From assembly GCA_010909165.1 (NCBI GenBank), contig MU008155.1:682001-746000 (forward strand): a DNA stretch of 64,000 bases. The letters run 5' to 3'. Positions 57,922 through 64,000 of the stretch are shown here, one piece after another. The translations under genes were made by a program, and so were the position numbers. Numbering within the stretch: position 1 is the stretch's first letter; each line of letters begins with the position of its first letter. The notes below the pieces were generated by a model. It was given only the letters and a program-made list of their open reading frames with translations, searched no databases and had not been told where the DNA came from. This DNA comes from Anthoceros angustus. Lineage: Eukaryota > Plantae > Anthocerotophyta.

Positions 57922-59989
57922 GCCCCCGACTGGTCTTCAACCCACACTACTCCTCGGTACTGGCAGTAAGCCCATCCACCTCCCACATGGCCAGCGATTT
58001 CGCCCTTGCCCTTCCTCCTCCGGTCTGCTGCCATTTTCCTTCGTCTTTCTCATGATTCCACATTCCTAAGTTTATGCAATATGAGATGACCACATGCCAT
58101 TCCCATGGCCCTTGGCATGTAAGTATATATACCTGGCCAGCAGTGCACTTGCAATCTGCAGGCCTACCTTCGCGGCCTTCTCTTTGTTTTGTTTCCGCCC
58201 ACTTCCTGCCAAAAGTTTCATGCTTGTCACCATCCCTTGGGCTGGCACAACCCTCGATCGTGTTGCTCTTCCTTCCCCATCCGCCTGGCCAGGCATTCCT
58301 CTTTCTTTCCTCTTCCGACCTCCTCCCTTCTCCATGACTTGCGTCACCTTTTGGAGCCCCATGCGAGTCCATGCTCGACCTCGGCTCGGCGGGTATGTAG
58401 CCGGGTACAAAGTTCGGCTGGCCTGTTCACATCTCCCTCCTCTTCCGCCACCTCTGTTCTCTTCCTCCTCGTCACCATGCTTGGTGGCGCCCCATCCATC
58501 CATTGCATTTCTTTAGAATCCGTGTGGATGTCTCATTTACATCTCTAGCCTCCATTCCTGGCTGCCCCATTGAGGGGAGCAGCGTTTGTTTTGACATTCG
58601 GCACACATGTGGTGACCACGCTCCCCCTGCCCTCCATTCTTCCTCCTGCCCTCCATTCTTCCTCCTTCCCATCACATTGCGCCCCTACCGGCCTTGATGT
58701 TGTTGTATAATGCCATTCCACATCTATGTACCTAGCCCCATGTACTCACTCTTAATTGACCAACTCTCCCCTACCATGTTCTTGGTTGGCCCGTTTTTCC
58801 CGAGCCACCCACAGCCACCATGTCCCCCCCTCTACGATCATGACCACCGCTGGGTTCTGCCACAACCACCGCCGTTCGAGGTGTCGCTAGGACCACCACC
58901 TCATCGCCCTTGCCATAGTTGACGATGTCAGTCGCCTTGCCCCTGGCTGCCTTGCGACTATCATGCGTTTGCCCCACCATATAAGCGTTTCCTTCTCTCG
59001 CCGGTCGCACCCCTGTTTTGTTTGTTGTCTGATTGTGTGCTCCATGGCCTACCACCTGCAGCGTCTGTCCTCCATGGTGATCGATCATTCATCTCGTTCC
59101 GTCCCACATCCATGTCGGGTTCCATACGCCTTGTTGTCCCCGCCATTACGTCCTACCTTCACGCACATTAAAGTGCGTTTGTCCTCCACCCGGTGAGGCT
59201 CCCCTTACGACTCGAATGCCTTGCCTCACATCCTTCGCCCTACTATCCGTTTCGATGGATTGTCCCATTCCACTATCCTTCTCCTTGGGAAGGCCACGAG
59301 ATCATGATCCTTCTCCAACTCGTTTGAACATTTTCCAAGCGCCACGATTTGGAGCGGATGTCGGAAGATGACCTCTAACTCTTCAAGTCATAGTCGTTGG
59401 GTCTCATAGCAAGCTTGATGTCCTCCTTCTATAGTCACCGCATTAAGCTACATCGGCTTGTTGGACACATCGAAGGAAGGACACAGCACACAACCTAAGC
59501 AGTATAAGCCCTTGACTTTGAAATCTGCTCCCATTACACAAGCACGAATGGTTGCGACAAGAACATAGCCACATGGATTCATGCTTCCTTCTTCCGTGCA
59601 TACAATCGAAGAAGGTCATTGGCAATTGTGGCGGGCGCGATGTTTTATGAATTCTTCGTGGCTCGGGCGGGGAGGCGGTGTCTATAAAGGACCCTCTCGT
59701 CCATGTACTCGTGTTGGTGTAGTGGAGGCGGATGGTGACAGTCTAATCAGCGTGTTCAAATCGTTTGAGCCACGATTTTGCAAGCTGCAGCAGTAGTGGA
59801 GGACTTGTACGAATCGCACCAGGAATGTGCGTATAGGCCTCACAGTGGGAAAAGCGATATCATGTACTATAAACATGTATGGAAAACAATAGAATAATCC
59901 AATGTTGATGTACAAATCCATCGTTATACATCATATATGCACAAAAATATATCTATTAGTAGGTACCTATACGTACAAAGGTAACGTGT

Positions 59990-62900
59990 TGTGGAATGGA
60001 TTTTTGCATCCGAAGACGCAAAGAGGCCACATTTACCCTCTATGTCGTTATAGTCCTAGGATTCGATCCCAAGGGAATAGTTTTGTGTCAAGGTGTTCTA
60101 AATCTATGGATTCTAGACCTACCGTCGCTCACTCCACCTCTCCGGCTACCTACCCAAAACCCACCAGTGGTAGACTCGGCCACCAGTGGCCGGTTCGGCC
60201 ACATGGCGGGTCCCCTGCAGCGCGCTTTCGCGTCTATTGTCGGCTTCCTGGCGCGACCTTGGGGCTATGGGCATGACACCTATATACACCTCACTCTACC
60301 TCTAGGAATTTGCGATTCCACACGCTTCCCCCTCCCACGCATTTCGATTTTCCCTCACACACTCTCACAATCCCTCACCGCACTCATCTACCTTGGAACC
60401 TTTCTCTTAATGCACTCCCTTCTCACGGGCCACACCTCAGACCTCCTTGGGCCACACAGACCCCTCCTTGGGCCACAGACCCCTCCTTGGGCCACAGACC
60501 CCTCCTTGGGCCACCACAGACCCCTCCTTGGAATAAACACACAGTGGCGGAGGGATCGGGAAAAACCCGGTCGGTGCTTGGGCGATCGCCTTCCGATTCC
60601 GCCTCGGCCTTCGGCAATTCCTACCTCTTTTCGGTGCGCCTTCCGTCACCCCGGGCGTGGAGCTTGGCCACTCGCTCTCGACCATCCGAGGATCTTCCGG
60701 CCTTCTTGTGGAGGCGGTGCATCGGCGAGTTTGATCTTGATGCGTCTCCAATCAACCTCGGCGCATAGCACGGAAGTTCACACGAAATTGTATGCATTGA
60801 GACTCTCAAGGGTCTCTTATACATTCGGTGTGGTCCACTCACTTCTCTAGTGTCTAGAAAATATGGCCCACTACCACGGCGCTCCTACCAATTCGAAACT
60901 ACTCCGGGTCCTCAAAACATCCTATCCCTACCCCAAAAAGCCTCGGCCTATGATGGCGCTCTAAAATCGGCCGCTGCGTCATGATTCTTGCCTACTGCGG
61001 TAGGTGGGTTCCTCGCTCTCGCTCTCCCCCGCCTGATCCGGCGATTCTCCCCAAAACCTCCACCTCGCTCTCACTGCTGGTTTCTTGGCGCCTTCCATGG
61101 GTTGTCTATAGGCCCTCCATTATTCCGCTCCTCATTTGGACCCACAGTGCTCCTCCCTCCATGCCTGCCCCGCTCATTTCCTCGATCACCACTTGCGGGG
61201 GTAGGCCCCGCTCCGTTCGGAAGAACCAGCAGTGGCGTGGCGGTCAAGATGTCTGACCAATGGTTTACGCCCCTCCTCCCAACAACCACATACACATTTA
61301 GTGAGCACGCTCACCAATGAAGCCGGGGACATGAGCATCCTCATCCGGCCGTAACTGTCGCCCTTGACTCGAGGTCCTTACCCTCTCCTCCGTGGACAAT
61401 CCCCAGGCGGTGCCGGATTCCGGATATCCCATCTGCGACTCAGTCGGTGACTTCCCCACCTCGGTTCCTCCTTCCGCGGTGGCGGTTTAGCCACCGTGGT
61501 GGTTTCCCCAGGTGGTGCTTGGCTCTGCGGTTCTTTGTGGCTCGCCTTCTTGGTTTGGCCACCTCTCTCTTGACTCGGCTAGCTTCATCTCTCTCTCGCT
61601 TGTATCTCATGACTTCTTGAATTTCTCAGGCGCCATTGTTTCCATTTGTTCACAGGCTCATGAGACCTCATCTTGAAGCTCCTCGATTGTGGCATCGCCC
61701 CTTGACTGATTACTAAGGCCTCTGTTGGGTGGACATGGCCTTTGCTCACATGCCTTGCATAGGGCCGCCTCTCCGTCTGCGCTCCTCGGCCACCTTGTTC
61801 GCCTTCGGGCTCTCCAACTTCTCCTTGAGCAACTTCTCACAGCCTTGCACACTCGGCCGGTGAGAGCCATGGCGGATCAGTCGAGATCCTGCTGTCGAGC
61901 CATGGGTCAAACCTGCATCCCAAATTGGGGCCCTTGCCCATTCCTCCACAACAATTCTCGTGTGGGTGTCACCTCCTCCACCTTGTAGGACGGTTCGGTG
62001 AAATGCCAAAAATGTTAGCTCGCGCGGACTTGGCTATCAGTTAACCCCTCTTCTTCTAGGGGTTGGTTTGCCACTCTCCTCATCCGCTCCAATCTCTCCT
62101 AGCGGCGACTCCTCCCCTGAGAGGGCACAACTTGTCGTTCCCTTTATTTTCTCCTCCTTCACTCACGTTCTGCTGCCGATTTCGACTGGTGACCTAGGTG
62201 TGGCTGGGTTCCTCTTCTGCGTGTCCTTCCCTTCGACCCCGTTCGGCCGTCGCGCCCTCCTTCTTGCCCTTGGAAACCTCCCACCTTTAGAACCTTCTAG
62301 GGGCGCATTCCCAAGCTACTTTGGAATCCTTGCCGAATCCTCCTTACCTCCTCCTCCTCTACCTTGAGTTCCACGGCCGGTTTCCAGCTGAAGGCGGACC
62401 GACTTCAACTCCGTTAAACACGGAATGCGCGAACACATGAATTAGAAAAGGTGAAATCAAGGAGGGCCGAGGGAAGGAGAGCAATTCGCCTCTCCTCAGG
62501 CTCTTTCAAGATCATCCTCCCCAATCAATTTGTGTACCTTTAACCACCTCGTGAAGAAAGACCAAGTGATGCCATATGATCAACTTCCGATTACGAAACA
62601 CAAAATCCATTTGGCCAATCCCACAGTGCTTGAGACACGAGTTGGCGAGTCACCCATCCATTGTTCACTCTCACTTCCCGGGCTTCATGGCGCGGCTGCG
62701 GCTCGGTCTTCTTTCTGGGGTCAATTACCAAGCTCCATCCTCGATGCTTCTCGCCCCTTTGCTCGAAAGAGTCCCAAATCCAGTTTGCGGCCTCTTCCTC
62801 GCGTCACCCTCTTGCGACTTGGTTCTCAATTGGCGCACTCTTGCACCAATCGGTCGTAACACCATTTCTTCTCCATAACTTGGACCCGGCTCACACGGTG

Positions 62901-64000
62901 CCGCTCTCACTTTCCGATGGTCCATGTTGTTGGCCGCATGAGTGAAATTTCGGCGCGGCTCGGGCGCCATCTCCTTTCTCGTTGTTTCAAAAAAAAACAC
63001 TCCTGCGGGTCGAGAAGGAAAAAATCGTCTCCTCCGCCTCGCTGGCGCTCTTCCGCCTCCTCCGAACTTGTGCCGGTTCTCTTTTCGCCCGCCGTGCGCA
63101 CTCGTCGCGCTCCTCACCTGCAGAGCGGAGCTCCGCGGCGGTTGCATGCGCCTTCTGCTGCGGCTCGCCCTCACGGAATGACCTCGCGGTCTTTGGGTGT
63201 GCCTCTCGATTGCGCTCCGTGGCGGCCACTCCGCCACTAGGGTTGTAAATTCCCACAGTGCATGCGTCCGTTTCTTGCCACCGTGGTGGAACTACCACCC
63301 CCCACTGGCTGTGGCATGTGAGCATCCCTAGCATATATAGACACCTTTTTATTCTAAAATTCCCAATACCCAAGGACTCTATCTACCACCCTATCAGGTC
63401 AAACCTAAGGTTCGAAAAAAAAATTATTATCTCCAAGGGCCAAGGACCATTCCGTATAAAAGACCTTACCAGGCGATTCTCAAAGCACTTTGCTATACAA
63501 ACACTCTCAAAAAAAAAATCGTTCATCCGACACTTGAGAGGGGTTAGTGTATATGTGGTCTTCCATACTCCCCTTCTCATTTGTTGGCGTCCTCGCCAAC
63601 TTATTGGTAATATTTTTAACTTGACCGTTGACCGTTGGCGGGCGATCCACTAAAATCGAGTTGAATTGATCCGTTGTCGAAAACTTACAAAACGAAGGGC
63701 CCCATCCACCTTAGATGTAATTTACGGAAAATGCATGTATCGGTTATCGTATAGTAAAGCGGATCCCGGGAACAACGTATTCTTGGCGCTTCAATCTCTT
63801 GTCGTGCCATTCCTTCCTCTCTTTGGACATCCGCATAACTTGGAGGCTTCTCTCTTCGTGTGTATCTGAAATCACCAACCTTTTCCAATGACTTTCCTCC
63901 GGCATTCGACTTTCTGTCTCGGTGGAACTTGAATTCTATTGGCATGGGTGAATGCCATAAGATAATCTGAGTCTGCTGCGTTGTCACCTTTTCCATGATC
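59990..64000 (-). mobile_element. Diverged relative of the same gypsy element: integrase C-terminus (~63605-64000), extra ORF (~62380-62960), PPT (60325-60336) and 3' LTR (59990-60322)
   Basis: LLYDNRYMHFP-KLHLRWMGPF..VFDNGSIQL..VNG..LK.Y is the GPF/Y integrase tail. LISPFLIHVF is present. The purine tract GGGAGGGGGAAG precedes an LTR bounded by the perfect inverted ends TGTGGAAT...ATTCCACA. Confidence 0.78.
60438..60530. repeat. 20-bp minisatellite (cacagacccctccttgggc) x4-5 inside the retroelement
   Basis: Directly visible. Confidence 0.9.

Noticed and set aside
57925-59980. Possible LINE remnant (WQLWRARC) and CT-rich ORFs
   Set aside because: Only a single weak motif, insufficient to classify.
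60544-60560. TGGCGGAG as a primer-binding site of a plus-strand LTR element
   Set aside because: The integrase tail and PPT show the element is on the minus strand and this end is its 3' LTR. There is no clear host tRNA match.
1-64000. tRNA, rRNA or spliceosomal snRNA genes
   Set aside because: No recognisable T-loop/anticodon cloverleaf or U1/U2/U6 signature was seen by eye. A tRNAscan-SE/Infernal run would be needed to exclude them.

Overview
Eukaryotic land-plant nuclear DNA, most likely a seed-free plant such as a hornwort. This is inferred from short GT-AG introns, tight gene packing and long PLS-class PPR genes carrying a 'PGxSWW' box. Bases 1-38.6 kb are gene-dense: the 3' end of MED17, OHP2, a large HARE-HTH plus WRC-zinc-finger gene, PPR5-like, an FGGY/ribulokinase, an intronless BUD31, an intact PLS-E PPR gene with its decayed tandem paralogue, and an 11-exon SEC14-like gene. 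Between the two PPR copies (about 24.9-30.5 kb) lies an AT-rich island with an intact intronless Ser/Thr kinase, a palindromic repeat array and a structured GC-rich patch. A CRE-like (RLE) non-LTR retrotransposon with a 13-bp target-site duplication is nested in it. From about 38.65 kb to the end the DNA is transposon debris: four related pieces of an Athila/Tat-like Ty3/gypsy 3' half, two copies of a CACTA-like terminus starting CCCTA, and minisatellites. Several 0.8-1.8 kb head-to-tail duplications, some indel-rich, may be real or long-read assembly artefacts, so frameshifts in the right half should be treated cautiously. All homology calls come from remembered motifs; no searches were run.
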